From contig JBKBOT010000002.1 in the NCBI GenBank assembly GCA_046293555.1, positions 15,765 to 79,764 of the forward strand: a DNA stretch of 64,000 nucleotides, given 5' to 3'. Position numbers and translations under genes: made by a program. How positions within the stretch are numbered: the stretch's first letter is position 1; each line of letters begins with the position of its first letter. Of this stretch, positions 36,358 through 47,282 are shown piece after piece. The notes beneath the pieces are model-generated. The model was not told where the DNA came from and did not search any database. It saw nothing but the letters and a program-made list of their open reading frames with translations. This DNA is from Pyrobaculum sp. (GTDB lineage Archaea; Thermoproteota; Thermoprotei; Thermoproteales; Thermoproteaceae).

Positions 36358-37434
36358 TTAAATGAGACTAGATATGTCTATTGTAGAACTTAACTCTCCA
36401 TATCTCCCCCCCGTTAGTTTAGCCATATGTCTTAAAAACTGGCTTCTCTCGGTGGCGATGAAGTGGAGTCTCCTAAATTTTTTCGCCAGGTCTAGCGTCT
36501 TCTCCACGTCGCCCGTCCTGCCGTCTGTAATCACCACCACATCTCTTGTGGCTTTATAACTGTGGAGAAGCTCTAACGCAGAGGAGAGCTCCGTGCCGCC
36601 AGAGGCGTAGACATATCTCAAGATCTCAACCATCTCCCTCCAGAAACGTTGTGTGTTATGTGGAGTCCACATAAAGTCTGCCTCTGTGTTAAACAAGACT
36701 AGAGAGATATAGCCCCCCATATGTGCCACTTGGTATAGATATCTCGCAATGGCGTTTTTCGCCACTTTAAGTTTTGTAACTCTGCCTATGTACTCCTTCA
36801 TGCTGCCAGATACGTCTAGAGCTATATAGACAGGATGATTAGATATATGTCTATATTCTCGTATATATATATCTTGAGGAGAGATAGGCCTATTTAACAT
36901 ATTTTTTCTTCTTATCGAGACGGCTGTTCTTATGAAGTCTACGTCTGAGAAAGGCGCGTTTAGATAGTAATTACGTATAGTTCTGACAGCTGACTTTGTG
37001 GAGAAAAGTCCCCCACCTTTTGCAACTATCCGGCCTCTCTGCGGCTCAGCCTCGTCTCTAGGTAGGTTTAACCCATGTATCACCTCAAGCTTCGCTCTAG
37101 GCGTGGCGTCTATCGGGACGTGTCTGTTTACTATATGCGCTAAGGTAGGCGACTTCTCGTCACCCACAGAAGAGCTTAAAACTAGCTGTGTCGACATCTG
37201 TCTGTCTGCTGGCATACAGAGAAGCGCATCTTTAATAATCTTCTTGGCCGTGGAGGGATCTGTCCTAAGGGTGCCCGCAAGGTTTTGTGCCAATATTTCT
37301 ATAGTCTTTTCCTTATCTACAGCGCCGAGAGTGGCGCGCATGTATATATCGGCTAGGGCATATGTAAGGCCTCGTATTGAGACTGAGTCTAGACACCTAT
37401 ATATTGCCTCTATTAGATCCAGTGGGTTATCCAT
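36358..37434 (-). CDS. von Willebrand factor A domain protein
   Basis: MIDAS motifs DVSGSM, GGT, ITDG. Confidence 0.88.
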   Translation of the reverse strand: MDNPLDLIEAIYRCLDSVSIRGLTYALADIYMRATLGAVDKEKTIEILAQNLAGTLRTDPSTAKKIIKDALLCMPADRQMSTQLVLSSSVGDEKSPTLAHIVNRHVPIDATPRAKLEVIHGLNLPRDEAEPQRGRIVAKGGGLFSTKSAVRTIRNYYLNAPFSDVDFIRTAVSIRRKNMLNRPISPQDIYIREYRHISNHPVYIALDVSGSMKEYIGRVTKLKVAKNAIARYLYQVAHMGGYISLVLFNTEADFMWTPHNTQRFWREMVEILRYVYASGGTELSSALELLHSYKATRDVVVITDGRTGDVEKTLDLAKKFRRLHFIATERSQFLRHMAKLTGGRYGELSSTIDISSLI

Positions 37435-38341
37435 TTAAAGCCCTGTCGAAGATTCTAGACAGCACATCTCTAGTCTCGGGGTCAAAAGCCATGTTTACAA
37501 TAACGCTTTTCTTAAGCTCTCTGATCCCCACCTCTCTACGTTGTGTCCATGCCTGAGCCACGGCGTCTGCAAGGGCATAGCTAAGCGACCGTATAGACGT
37601 GGAGTGCCCAGCCTTTTTTGCCTCTGAGGCAAATCTGGCCAATATGTCGGCGAGTTTATGTGGGATCTCTACCTCAAGACCTCCCAAGATCTCTCTGGCC
37701 TTCCAGATAAGTATCGACTTTAGTAGTTCTCTATCTGGCATCTTTATCTCGACGAATTTAAACCTGTCGGCTAGCGCCTCAGAGAGCTCGTACACCCCCT
37801 CATATTCGCTGGGGTTTGCGGTGCCAACTAGCAGAAAGTCGCTTCTAATCCTATACCCCCTGATGTATACATAGTGCTCTTGGATTACTTGTAGCAAGGC
37901 GGCTTGGGCGTAGGGATTTAGCCTGTTTATTTCATCCATGACTAAAACAGTGCCGTGTGCCATAACCAGGGGCCCTGGTATATAAGACAGCGGGTGGTCA
38001 AAACCGGCTTGTAGCACCACGGCGATGTCTATATCGCCGGTGAGATCTACTGCAGTCATATGTGAGTGACACGCCACCTCTATATACGGCGGGTCCCCCA
38101 AGGCGAGAATCTCCGCGATAGTTTCTGCAAGAGTGGTCTTACCCAGCCCCACGGTCCCCACAAGCACCACGGGCCTTCCGATCATAAGTCCGCTTAGCAA
38201 GTCAAGCACCACGTCGTCAAGACCCCTTAACGTTCTGCCCACCTGGTTTAAAACGCCCTCGGGGCCTAGCTCTCTAACTTTACTTCTGACAAGTCTAGGC
38301 ATATCTATAGGCCGTCTCTGTAATAGCTCAGAAAGACGCAC
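37427..38341 (-). CDS. MoxR-family AAA+ ATPase
   Basis: GTVGLGKT, DLTG, MDEINR, TANP.EYEG.YEL.EALADRF. Confidence 0.92.
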   Translation of the reverse strand: MRLSELLQRRPIDMPRLVRSKVRELGPEGVLNQVGRTLRGLDDVVLDLLSGLMIGRPVVLVGTVGLGKTTLAETIAEILALGDPPYIEVACHSHMTAVDLTGDIDIAVVLQAGFDHPLSYIPGPLVMAHGTVLVMDEINRLNPYAQAALLQVIQEHYVYIRGYRIRSDFLLVGTANPSEYEGVYELSEALADRFKFVEIKMPDRELLKSILIWKAREILGGLEVEIPHKLADILARFASEAKKAGHSTSIRSLSYALADAVAQAWTQRREVGIRELKKSVIVNMAFDPETRDVLSRIFDRALNG

Positions 38342-38421
38342 AGCTGTTATAGCAAACAGCCTTAAAAACTTCTACGGGGGGCGTTCTCTATGCTTAAAAA
38401 CATGACATTAAGTTAGCATCT

Positions 38422-39696
38422 ATGATTCTACGTGTTATCCGCACAGGTGAAATCTATCGAGTTGAAGGCCCCGCCAAGGTGGCGGTGAAGAGGGGACAGA
38501 TATATGCCACAGGCGTGGTCTATGTCGAGGGGCAGAGTTTTACCGTGTTGAGAGCCAGAAGGCTTGCGATAAAGGCGGTGACAGACTCTGAAGTAGAGTT
38601 CGTGTTGGGTCCAGGCGCCTTGCTTGAAAAGGCTGCCCCCAGCGAGGAGATAATTGACCACTGGGAGAGAGAAATATCGCGTATAGACCTCAGGGGGGTT
38701 ATACTGATTATAGGCGTTATGGACGTGGGGAAGTCCACTATGGCCGCCCTGATAGGAAACAAGGCGCTATCTCGCGGCTATAAGGTGGCCATTATAGATG
38801 CCGACGTGGGTCAAAACGACTTGGGGCCGCCGACCACAGTGTCCCTAGCGAGACTCAAATGGTATGTCACACATTTAAGACAGCTAGTTGCCGAGAAGAG
38901 CATATTTCTCCAGTCCACATCTCTCTCCCACATCTGGCCTAAGGCTGTGGCAAAAATTGTAAAAGCGGTAGAATATGCCAAAAATAGGTGGCAGACAGAT
39001 ACTATTGTTGTAAATACAGACGGCTGGGTTTTAGACGACGAGGCTGTAGCCTATAAACGACAGCTAATAGAAGAGACAAAGCCGACGTTAGTAGTCGCCA
39101 TACAGATAGAAAACGAGTTAATGAAAATCGTAGAGGGGTATAGTAACGTGTTAGTACTTCCACCGCCGCCACATGTGAGAACTAGATCTAGGGAAGATAG
39201 GAAAATACATAGGGAAATGGGCTATGGCAGGTATATATTCCCCCCAGCCGAGCTGGCTATCTCTCTAGACAAGATGCCGTTTTGCAATCTGCCGCTTTTT
39301 AAAGGCGTAGAGATATCTAACTCGATTAAAAAAATGTTGGCACGAACTCTGGGGGTGTCGATACTAAAGGCCTATCAGATAGGCAATAAGGTATATGCAA
39401 TTGTGGAAAACAACATGTTAGCCACAAAAAAGGTGGGCGGGGCACAGGTGGCATGCATACCTGTGGACTTTGAGAAAGGCCTTTTGGTGGGGCTAGAAGA
39501 CCGAGAGGGGTTTTTAGTGGGTCTTGGCGTATTAAAAAAGATCTATTACGACAAGAAGAAAGCCATTATATACACATCAAGCGACGTGGAGAAAAGACTT
39601 GGAGAGGTAAAATGTGTAAGACTGGGCCTTGTGAGACTTGACGAGAACTTTATGGAGGTAGAAAAGGTAAACCTCTTGAAAATAGAGATAGAGTAA
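38422..39696 (+). CDS. Clp1/Grc3-family polynucleotide 5'-kinase
   Basis: [29 protein letters not shown]. Confidence 0.88.
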   Translation: MILRVIRTGEIYRVEGPAKVAVKRGQIYATGVVYVEGQSFTVLRARRLAIKAVTDSEVEFVLGPGALLEKAAPSEEIIDHWEREISRIDLRGVILIIGVMDVGKSTMAALIGNKALSRGYKVAIIDADVGQNDLGPPTTVSLARLKWYVTHLRQLVAEKSIFLQSTSLSHIWPKAVAKIVKAVEYAKNRWQTDTIVVNTDGWVLDDEAVAYKRQLIEETKPTLVVAIQIENELMKIVEGYSNVLVLPPPPHVRTRSREDRKIHREMGYGRYIFPPAELAISLDKMPFCNLPLFKGVEISNSIKKMLARTLGVSILKAYQIGNKVYAIVENNMLATKKVGGAQVACIPVDFEKGLLVGLEDREGFLVGLGVLKKIYYDKKKAIIYTSSDVEKRLGEVKCVRLGLVRLDENFMEVEKVNLLKIEIE

Positions 39697-39721
39697 ATTT
39701 TTATTACCTAAATTAAGAACC

Positions 39722-41188
39722 GTGGAGCTCCTGAGAGAGGCGAGACCCCACGGCCGTGAGAAATTACGTAAAGACCTAATAGAGTGGTTCCACTGGCTTT
39801 TAAGAGAGGCGGAGATATATGACGTCAGATATCCAGTAAAGGGGGCTTACGTATGGCGTCCCTACGGCATGAAGTTAAGACGTAACGTAGAGAACCTGAT
39901 TAGACGTCTTCACGACGAGACGGAACACGAGGAGGTGTTATTCCCCGTATTTATCCCCTACGAGTTTTTTGTAAAAGAGTCCCAACATATAAGAGGCTTC
40001 GAGAAAGAGGTCTTCTGGGCCTCTAAGGGCGGCGAGGGCGGAGAGAGGCTGGTGTTAAGACCTACCTCAGAGACGGCTATTATGCCTATGGTAAAGCTGT
40101 GGATACAAGACCATAAAGACCTTCCCTTAAGGCTTTACCAGGTGGTTAGTGTATTTAGGGCGGAAACCAAGATGACACACCCCATGATTAGACTAAGAGA
40201 AATCAGCATGTTTAAAGAGGCACATACAGTACATATAGATAGAGAAGACGCCGAGAGGCAAGTTAGGGAGGCTGTTGAGATATATAAAAGGATTTTTGAT
40301 GAGATGTGTATACCATATATGATAAACAAGAGGCCTGATTGGGATAAATTCGCCGGGGCTGAATACACCATCGCCTTCGACACCATACTCCCAGACGGGA
40401 GGACTTTACAAATAGGGACTGCCCACTATCTCGGCACTAATTTTACAAAGGTATTTGAGGTGACATATCTAGATGTAGACGGCACGAGGAAGTTGGCCCA
40501 CACCACCTCTTACGGGATTTCTGAACGAAGTATCGCAGCTATGTTGATAGTACATGGCGACGACGCGGGCACCACTCTACCTCCCAAACTGGCCCCCATC
40601 CAGGCGGTTATTGTGCCTATATTCTATGGAGGGGGGGAGAAACCTATGGTGATATCTCTAGCTAGACAAGTTGCAGAAGTCTTAAGGGAGAATGACATCC
40701 GTGTCCATATAGACGATAGAGACGACAAGACGCCAGGTTGGAAGTTTTACTACTGGGAGCTCAAAGGGGTGCCCATCCGTATAGAGATTGGGAAAAAAGA
40801 CGTAGATCGGGGACAAGTTGTGGCGACTAGAAGAGACACCCTAGAGAAATATCTAGTTGACGTAAAAAACGTCGTCGATGCTGTAAATACCTTAATGAAG
40901 ACAATAGAAGAGGACTTAAGAAAGAGGGGGTGGGACGAGTTAAACAACAAGATCGTAAGGACGGAGGATGTCGAGGCTGTGAAAAAATCCACTAGAGAGG
41001 GGAAGGTGGTAGAGGTGCCGTGGAGTGGCGATGTGGAGTGCGGCGTTAAGATACAGGAGCTGGCCGGCGCAGATGCCCTCGGCGTACCTCTAGACAAGGA
41101 GGCGTCTGTAGGAGGTTTCGATCTACGTGACCTAGCTTGTAGAGACAGGCGGGCAGAGGTTTGGCTTAGACTCGCCGAGAGGTATTAG
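39722..41188 (+). CDS. proS: proline--tRNA ligase
   Basis: [34 protein letters not shown]. Confidence 0.96.
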   Translation: MELLREARPHGREKLRKDLIEWFHWLLREAEIYDVRYPVKGAYVWRPYGMKLRRNVENLIRRLHDETEHEEVLFPVFIPYEFFVKESQHIRGFEKEVFWASKGGEGGERLVLRPTSETAIMPMVKLWIQDHKDLPLRLYQVVSVFRAETKMTHPMIRLREISMFKEAHTVHIDREDAERQVREAVEIYKRIFDEMCIPYMINKRPDWDKFAGAEYTIAFDTILPDGRTLQIGTAHYLGTNFTKVFEVTYLDVDGTRKLAHTTSYGISERSIAAMLIVHGDDAGTTLPPKLAPIQAVIVPIFYGGGEKPMVISLARQVAEVLRENDIRVHIDDRDDKTPGWKFYYWELKGVPIRIEIGKKDVDRGQVVATRRDTLEKYLVDVKNVVDAVNTLMKTIEEDLRKRGWDELNNKIVRTEDVEAVKKSTREGKVVEVPWSGDVECGVKIQELAGADALGVPLDKEASVGGFDLRDLACRDRRAEVWLRLAERY

Positions 41189-41192
41189 AAAG

Positions 41193-41200
41193 TTTAAATA
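41193..41200 (+). promoter_or_regulatory. BRE/TATA promoter for a leaderless rps26e transcript
   Basis: GAAAG-TTTAAATA about 21-28 nt upstream of ATG 41221. Confidence 0.6.
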
Positions 41201-41220
41201 GGGACATTTTAAGATGGGCG

Positions 41221-41517
41221 ATGCCCAAAAAACGAAAGAATCGAGGCCGCAAAAAGGGAGATAAGGGGAGGGAGCCATACGTCTATTGTGATAACTGCGG
41301 AAAGGTGACCCCCAGGTCCAAGTCTGTAAGGCTTACAGTGCCCCACTCGCCAGTGCCCCCAGACTTGGCTAGAGAGTTAGAAAAACAAGGCGCCATAATA
41401 TTCCGCTACCTAGTCACTAAGACCTACTGTATCAACTGTGCCATCTTCTTTGGGATTATTAAGGTAAGGCCGAGAGAAGAGAGAAAGAAGAAAATCCCGC
41501 TTCAGCAGGTTATTTGA
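41221..41517 (+). CDS. rps26e: 30S ribosomal protein S26e
   Basis: MPKKRKNRGR, CDNC, YCINCA. Confidence 0.96.
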   Translation: MPKKRKNRGRKKGDKGREPYVYCDNCGKVTPRSKSVRLTVPHSPVPPDLARELEKQGAIIFRYLVTKTYCINCAIFFGIIKVRPREERKKKIPLQQVI

Positions 41518-41987
41518 GTTTCTTCATAAAGAGCGATACCCTCTGCCCCTGGTCGATAGACCTAAAGACGTTAGTGAGGAACAGGTTTGACGTGTTAATT
41601 GACTTCACGATAGAGTCTATCAAGGGCGGCGTTAGAGAAGTATATGTGATGTTATGCGACGGCACTACATACCATGTGACTTCTATCCCTTCAGACAAGA
41701 CGCGAGAAGTCGCCACCTGGCTAAAACCTAGCTTCAAGTCAACTCTTGAAGACCTTGTGAGGAGATTTGGGCGTGTGTACTACCTACACGAGAGGGGGAG
41801 AGACATCTTTGACGTAAGGCTAGAAGACGGGCTGTACGTCTTTGGAGATCACGACGGACTTTCTCCACACGACGAAGAGATATTATCTCGGAGAGCTATC
41901 TGGATCTCTCTAGGCCCTACCCCCTATATGTCTTGGCAGGCCGCAGTATATGTGGCCTATCTCCTAAAAAAACTAAATATAACTTAA
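41514..41987 (+). CDS. trmY: tRNA (pseudouridine54-N1) methyltransferase (SPOUT), short form
   Basis: RFDV, YYLHERG, FGDHDG, ISLGP. Confidence 0.75.
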   Translation: MSFFIKSDTLCPWSIDLKTLVRNRFDVLIDFTIESIKGGVREVYVMLCDGTTYHVTSIPSDKTREVATWLKPSFKSTLEDLVRRFGRVYYLHERGRDIFDVRLEDGLYVFGDHDGLSPHDEEILSRRAIWISLGPTPYMSWQAAVYVAYLLKKLNIT

Positions 41988-42001
41988 GTTGCCATGTCGT
42001 G

Positions 42002-42544
42002 GTGATTGAACGTATTAGAAAAGTTATAAAAATTGAAATTAGCTTCATTCCAGTTAGCCCAAATGTATTAACTCTTTCTTCGCTTCTCGTGGCCTTGATA
42101 GGCGTGCCGCTGGTCTGGCAGGCAGGTCTCCCCCCGTGGCTTTTCATATTGACATCTGGCTTGCTAGACGTAATTGACGGAGCTGTGGCCAGGGGGAGGA
42201 GGCTCACCTCTAAGGCGGGCGCCTTTCTGGATTCCACTCTTGACAGATATTCAGACGCGGTGTACTTGCTATACTTCTGGCCCCGTGTAGACCCCCTAGC
42301 GATCTACGTGGCGTTAATAGGCACGTTTATGATAAGCTATGCCAGATGTAGAGGCGAGGCTCTAGGCGTGGAGGTAAAAGGCAGAGGGTTTATGGAACGT
42401 GGTGAGAGAGTGCTATACCTCTTTGTGGCCAGCTTTTTTGAAAACTTGATCTACATCCTAATAAACATCTATACGGTTCTTGTCGTTATGGGGGCTACAT
42501 ATCGCGTTATTTTTGTTTTCAATAAGGCTAAAAACGCCACATAG
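42002..42544 (+). CDS. CDP-alcohol phosphatidyltransferase (archaetidylinositol phosphate synthase-like)
   Basis: SPN.LT, DVIDGAVAR...GAFLDSTLDRYSD, SYAR.RGE, G.MERGER. Confidence 0.9.
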   Translation: MIERIRKVIKIEISFIPVSPNVLTLSSLLVALIGVPLVWQAGLPPWLFILTSGLLDVIDGAVARGRRLTSKAGAFLDSTLDRYSDAVYLLYFWPRVDPLAIYVALIGTFMISYARCRGEALGVEVKGRGFMERGERVLYLFVASFFENLIYILINIYTVLVVMGATYRVIFVFNKAKNAT

Positions 42545-42591
42545 AACTGGGAGATATTGAAAATTTAAAAATACAAAAGCCATATTGGATA

Positions 42592-42996
42592 ATGAGCGTA
42601 ATTGCCGTAATTTCAAAAAATGAGGTAATAAAGAAAGAGGTTGTAGAGAAAGAAGTTGTAGAGGTGGTAAAGAAGATGGCTATAGAACTTATAAAAAGTT
42701 GGAACCCCCTCTCCTCAGATTTTATAGTTCTAAGGGATTTCTATTCTCTCTCATACCCGGCGCCCCTCTCCAGAGAGTTGTTAGAAAAGATAAGGAAATT
42801 CTCGCCGAGACGTGTTGAAAACAAGGTTGAGGTGTCTCTACCAATCTACGAGATTGTATATGACGCCCAGTGGGCTGGAGGGGGCCTGCAGATAGGCGAC
42901 GCCACAGTGATATTCCCGTATATAGACGAAAAGACTACAGAAGAAATTTTGAGGGGGGTAATAGAAAACCTCGCGGTGGTGGAGAAGTCAGAGTAG
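42592..42996 (+). CDS. conserved crenarchaeal protein (DUF2286-like)
   Basis: WNP..SDFIVLRD, LPIYEI. Confidence 0.6.
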   Translation: MSVIAVISKNEVIKKEVVEKEVVEVVKKMAIELIKSWNPLSSDFIVLRDFYSLSYPAPLSRELLEKIRKFSPRRVENKVEVSLPIYEIVYDAQWAGGGLQIGDATVIFPYIDEKTTEEILRGVIENLAVVEKSE

Positions 42997-45546
42997 TTTT
43001 GTGGCCCCCCTTAGCTCCTCTATGGAGACCCCCATGGCCTCTAGAATTTGTTCTAGCGATGTGTTTATGTATTCAAGATACTTCTTCTCGTCAATCTCGT
43101 CTATTCTAGCTAGTTGAATCGGCTTTACCCCAATTGGGTCTTTAGTCTTTACTAAGATAATGGCGTCTCCCCTCCCGATGTGAATTCCATATCTCGACAA
43201 CTGTTCGGCTGCTTTTACGTGTTGCGGCTTGTTTTTAGTGTACTCATTTAAGTTCTTGCTTAATACAGTCTTTATGCCAAGTTTGTCTAAAGTGATCTTC
43301 TTCTCTTTGATAAGCCCCTCAGTCTCTTTCACCATAGCCACTATGATATCTCTAACTTTAGTGATATCCTCTACAGAGTTTATATGTTTAATATTGTTAA
43401 TTATATTTTCTACTAACTCTTTCACGAAGGGCGGAGCATTACGTTTTTTAGCTACAATACCCTTTACAATTACACTACCATCTTTAGTAATGCCGAGATA
43501 GTTCTTCTTCCTGCCGCTAAACATGACGAATTTATATATTTTATCAAGCTCTATATCTATACCAACATTCTCTGCATATGTTGTCAAGTTGTGTAACTTT
43601 TCTTCATTTACATTCCATAAGAATAGAGAATCTGTGTCTCCATATAGTGGGATTAGGCCTAGCTCTATGGCTTTTAACACAGTGCTAGTCATTATATATC
43701 TGGCAAGAGCTGTGGTAAGCTCGGCGACAGGGGGGCAATAAAGTGGGAAAGTCTCTGCGCCAAAAACGCCATAAGACGCATTGATAAATACCTTCATCGC
43801 GCTTTGGACCACGTCGTAAAGCTGTCTCTCTGCCGGCGTTGGCGCTTTTTTTGCCAGCTTCTTGTAGACATGAACTCTTAGATCTCTCAACACGCCCACT
43901 AGCGTGCTAGTCATGCCAGGCCTGTCGCGACATATAACATGTGGTAGCTCTGGAATAGGCCTCTCGGCGTCTTTGCCGCAATTGACAGTTTCATAAGATA
44001 AATTCCACTTGCTGATAATAGAGGGATACAGCGAGGCGAAATCTAGCACATATACGTCAAAAAATATGCCCAATGGCGGATCTAACACCACGGCGCCTGC
44101 GTATTTCTTACCCTTAATTATCGCCCTTGTGTACAACTCCCCCCTTTCCCTGATTATATCTTCCCTGTTGGGAATAAGCCACCCCCTCTTCCGATGTTCG
44201 TAATATAGCATGTTTCTAATCCATGCCGACACTTGAGACCTCGTGATGTCCTCTATGGGCATTTTTGCAATTCTCGAAAGTAGGAAGATTAGCCGCATAA
44301 CCAACTCGTTGTTGTATAGGGTGAAATACAGCGTGATAAACGCGTCTCTATAGTTATACTCAGCTAACTCCCAGTATCCCATCTTAGAGACGTTTTTCTG
44401 GGCGTCTAACTTTCCAACTCCCAGTATTGTATACGCAATGCCGTCTAGCCCCCTCTCCCCCCTATACACCCCGCCAAAGGCATATGCCTCAATTGCCTTA
44501 ATGGCAAAAAACTTAAACAGGTCTATGTGCACACCAGGCGCGACGCTTACATAATCTCTCTTTGGCGTAATAGGTATCTCCTCTCTAGGTATCCCCAAGG
44601 CGAGGGCTCTGTGGTATAGATAAGGCAAGTCGAAATTATCTCCATTAAACGTTATGACAACTGGGTACTGTACAATAGTTTTAAAGACTTCTTTAATTAA
44701 GTCGTATTCGCTATCAAAAAACAAGATTTCATAATCCGGCTTATATCTAAGCTCTGCCTCCACTCCAGGCCTACGTAATATTAACACCCGTCTAACTCCA
44801 TCGCTGCTGACAAGAGCTACGGAGATAATCTCGAATTCGGCCTCTTTGGGGTCAGGTATCTTGTTTTCCTGTGGGGTGTAGACCTCTACGTCAATAGCCA
44901 CCCTCTTGATGTGCGGTATGGGGGCTTGGAAAAGCGGCAGCCACTCTTCAGCCACCTTTATGTGTTCAGACTTAAAGACGTTTATCAACGACGTCTTTAC
45001 TTCGGCTGGTATGGAGATCTCGACTGGGGCTAAACTGTTGCCGTTAGACTTATACCACATGCCGGGTATTATATCTCTATCGAAAAGATAGCTGTGGTGA
45101 TACTTTATGCGGGATTCCCAAGTCTCCTTTAGCAAGTCTCTTAGAGACCTTTTGCCTCCCCCCACAGAGAGGGGGTCTTTGGCGTATATCTTGGTGACAA
45201 GAATTTTTCTGTCATGTAGCGCATCGTATTTCTCCTCCACGTCCAGGTGACTAAAGCCGGGGTGTTTTAACACCTCGGGGTATTTCTCTACTATCTCTTC
45301 TGGAGTCACGTCTGTGATTAGATAAGGCTTGTGACCCGTGTTGTCATACCAGTAGTAAATCACGTCGCCTACGGGGTCGTAGAGTTTAACTAAAGCCCTG
45401 CCCTCCCCCCCGTCGTAGACTATAGAGAGCACAATTGAGGGGGGTATAGAGTTGGAGATAACCCCCTTTATCTTACTCTCCTCTATAGCCTCCCCCTCGT
45501 ATTCCCTGACTTCCTCAATTTCTTCAATCTCTTCATCAAACTCCAC
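42988..45546 (-). CDS. family B DNA polymerase B1, no intein
   Basis: DVE exonuclease motif, FNGDNFD, DFASLYPSII, KVFINASYG, YGDTDS, KKNY; GTG start at 45546 preferred. Confidence 0.96.
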   Translation of the reverse strand: MEFDEEIEEIEEVREYEGEAIEESKIKGVISNSIPPSIVLSIVYDGGEGRALVKLYDPVGDVIYYWYDNTGHKPYLITDVTPEEIVEKYPEVLKHPGFSHLDVEEKYDALHDRKILVTKIYAKDPLSVGGGKRSLRDLLKETWESRIKYHHSYLFDRDIIPGMWYKSNGNSLAPVEISIPAEVKTSLINVFKSEHIKVAEEWLPLFQAPIPHIKRVAIDVEVYTPQENKIPDPKEAEFEIISVALVSSDGVRRVLILRRPGVEAELRYKPDYEILFFDSEYDLIKEVFKTIVQYPVVITFNGDNFDLPYLYHRALALGIPREEIPITPKRDYVSVAPGVHIDLFKFFAIKAIEAYAFGGVYRGERGLDGIAYTILGVGKLDAQKNVSKMGYWELAEYNYRDAFITLYFTLYNNELVMRLIFLLSRIAKMPIEDITRSQVSAWIRNMLYYEHRKRGWLIPNREDIIRERGELYTRAIIKGKKYAGAVVLDPPLGIFFDVYVLDFASLYPSIISKWNLSYETVNCGKDAERPIPELPHVICRDRPGMTSTLVGVLRDLRVHVYKKLAKKAPTPAERQLYDVVQSAMKVFINASYGVFGAETFPLYCPPVAELTTALARYIMTSTVLKAIELGLIPLYGDTDSLFLWNVNEEKLHNLTTYAENVGIDIELDKIYKFVMFSGRKKNYLGITKDGSVIVKGIVAKKRNAPPFVKELVENIINNIKHINSVEDITKVRDIIVAMVKETEGLIKEKKITLDKLGIKTVLSKNLNEYTKNKPQHVKAAEQLSRYGIHIGRGDAIILVKTKDPIGVKPIQLARIDEIDEKKYLEYINTSLEQILEAMGVSIEELRGATKLL

Positions 45547-45657
45547 ACCTACAACACCATATTTATTAAAAAACATTGGAGATATTACCGTCAGCTATCT
45601 GCGGCTGTCAGAGGTCTGCCTTTAGTTAAACTTATAAAGTGTCTTACATTTTCAGTT

Positions 45658-46068
45658 GTGGTAATTTACGTCTCGCCACATAAGTCAGATAACAGAACGT
45701 CTGTAGCTACAGACTTAAAGCGAATTATAGTTACAGAGATAATTAACGAGGCTATCCACGGAGTTACAATTTTAGACGAGAGGGGAGTGCCGCTTATACA
45801 TCATTTGCCAAACACTCTAACTGCAAAAACCTTGCGGCAAGTTACAAACCTAATTGAAATCATAAATATCATAAGGCAGAACCAAGATGAGAGCTTGGGG
45901 GAATTTAACTACGTGGTGGTCAAATATGCGAACTACAAAGTGGGGATTTTTGACCTTCCCAACAAGAAGGGATGGCTTATAGTTTTTGTAAACCCGCTTT
46001 GGCACGTAGAAAATCTGCTATCAAAAATAAGACAGTTTGCACATAAAATTGCACAAAGCGTTACTTAG
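45658..46068 (+). CDS. roadblock/LC7 (profilin-like fold) protein
   Basis: IHGVTILDERGVPL followed by a helix and three beta strands. Confidence 0.6.
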   Translation: MVIYVSPHKSDNRTSVATDLKRIIVTEIINEAIHGVTILDERGVPLIHHLPNTLTAKTLRQVTNLIEIINIIRQNQDESLGEFNYVVVKYANYKVGIFDLPNKKGWLIVFVNPLWHVENLLSKIRQFAHKIAQSVT

Positions 46069-47254
46069 CCCTACCAAATCTCCTGTGGGCTGAGGCCAGC
46101 TCGTTTCTTGCCAGAGCTATTAACAGGTTTAGCTCGCCAGCCAGCACCGCCGCAGCTATAATTTCGGCAAGTTTTGCCGCGTTAGCTCCAGGCGGGTTTC
46201 CAGATCCCGCCGCTCCAAGTAATTCAAGCGCCTCTCTTTGTGTGGGGAGTCCAGTGCCGCCCCCCACGGTGCCGACTTCAAGACTTGGGAGATATACCGA
46301 GATGTAGAGCCCGTCTTCCCTCCTTTCTGTAGATGTTATCCCCATGCTAGACTCCACCACTTGCGCCGCGTCTTGACCAGTGGCGATAAATATCGCGGCG
46401 ATGATATTGGCGAAATGGGCGTTAAAGCCGTATGAGTGAGCTAACGCTGAGCCAAGCAGGTTCTTCCTAATGTTGACGTTATCTACGTCTTCAGGAGTTA
46501 TGCCTAGACGTTCTAACACCTCTTTTTTTACAACTGCCTCAGCCACTACGGACTTCCCCCGCCCCAAGAGGTAGTTTACAGAATTTGCCTTCTTGTCTAC
46601 ACACATGTTGCCACTTAGTGCAACCAGTTTGGCTTTTGGAAACCTCTCCTGTATGTATCTAGCCACGGCGTCAGAGGCTATGGTCACCATGTTCATCCCC
46701 ATGGCGTCGCCGGTGGAGAACACAAGTCTAAGCCAGACGTAGTTGCCTACTATAAAAGGCTGTATCTCTTTAAGCTTGCCAAATCTGGTGGTGGATTCTG
46801 CCACTTTTTTCAACTCGTCGAGACGTTGTGTTGCCCACTCCGCCAGCTCTACGGCCTCTACGACAGAAGAGACTCTAAACAGTGGTGCCCTAGCCATCCC
46901 ATCTTTTAACACCTTTGTCCTAACTCCTCCAGACTCCGTGAGGATCTTCGCCCCCCTGTTTACAGAAGCCACCAGCGCGCCCTCTGTGGTGGCTAGGGGG
47001 ACGTAGTAATAGCCGTCTGCATGATCTCCTCTTATAAGCAGGGGGCCCGCTATCCCTACTGGTATCTGTACTGCCCCTATGACGTTTTCTATATTTCTCC
47101 CCACTACAGTATTTAGGTCAATTATGGTCTTGCCTATATTCTCCAGCTTGACGCCCGTGGCCTTTTCTAGATGTTGCCTCCTGGCCTCTGCGGCCTTGTT
47201 GGCATCTTTATAAACCCTGTCGAATTCATGAAGCTTAATCTCCATAAGAAACAT
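46061..47254 (-). CDS. hmgA: HMG-CoA reductase (NADPH, class I)
   Basis: ENVIG, ATTEGAL, TGDAMGMNM, SGNMC.DKK, GTVGGGT. Confidence 0.96.
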   Translation of the reverse strand: MFLMEIKLHEFDRVYKDANKAAEARRQHLEKATGVKLENIGKTIIDLNTVVGRNIENVIGAVQIPVGIAGPLLIRGDHADGYYYVPLATTEGALVASVNRGAKILTESGGVRTKVLKDGMARAPLFRVSSVVEAVELAEWATQRLDELKKVAESTTRFGKLKEIQPFIVGNYVWLRLVFSTGDAMGMNMVTIASDAVARYIQERFPKAKLVALSGNMCVDKKANSVNYLLGRGKSVVAEAVVKKEVLERLGITPEDVDNVNIRKNLLGSALAHSYGFNAHFANIIAAIFIATGQDAAQVVESSMGITSTERREDGLYISVYLPSLEVGTVGGGTGLPTQREALELLGAAGSGNPPGANAAKLAEIIAAAVLAGELNLLIALARNELASAHRRFGRAK

Positions 47255-47282
47255 TTTAATAACTTGGCATTAAAAACTTTCG

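Noticed and set aside
34589-38341. MoxR-vWA-priL-AGOG as one operon (chaperone for the PriL Fe-S cluster)
   Set aside because: priL has its own TTTAAAA box about 22-28 nt upstream of its start, so co-orientation alone does not support a functional link
42988-45546. Inteins in PolB1 (also checked top6B and the HerA-like ATPase)
   Set aside because: Normal lengths, contiguous motifs and no intein signatures
45577-45657. Two CTGA boxes on the minus strand upstream of polB1, suggesting a C/D sRNA
   Set aside because: No recognisable C or C' box at suitable spacing
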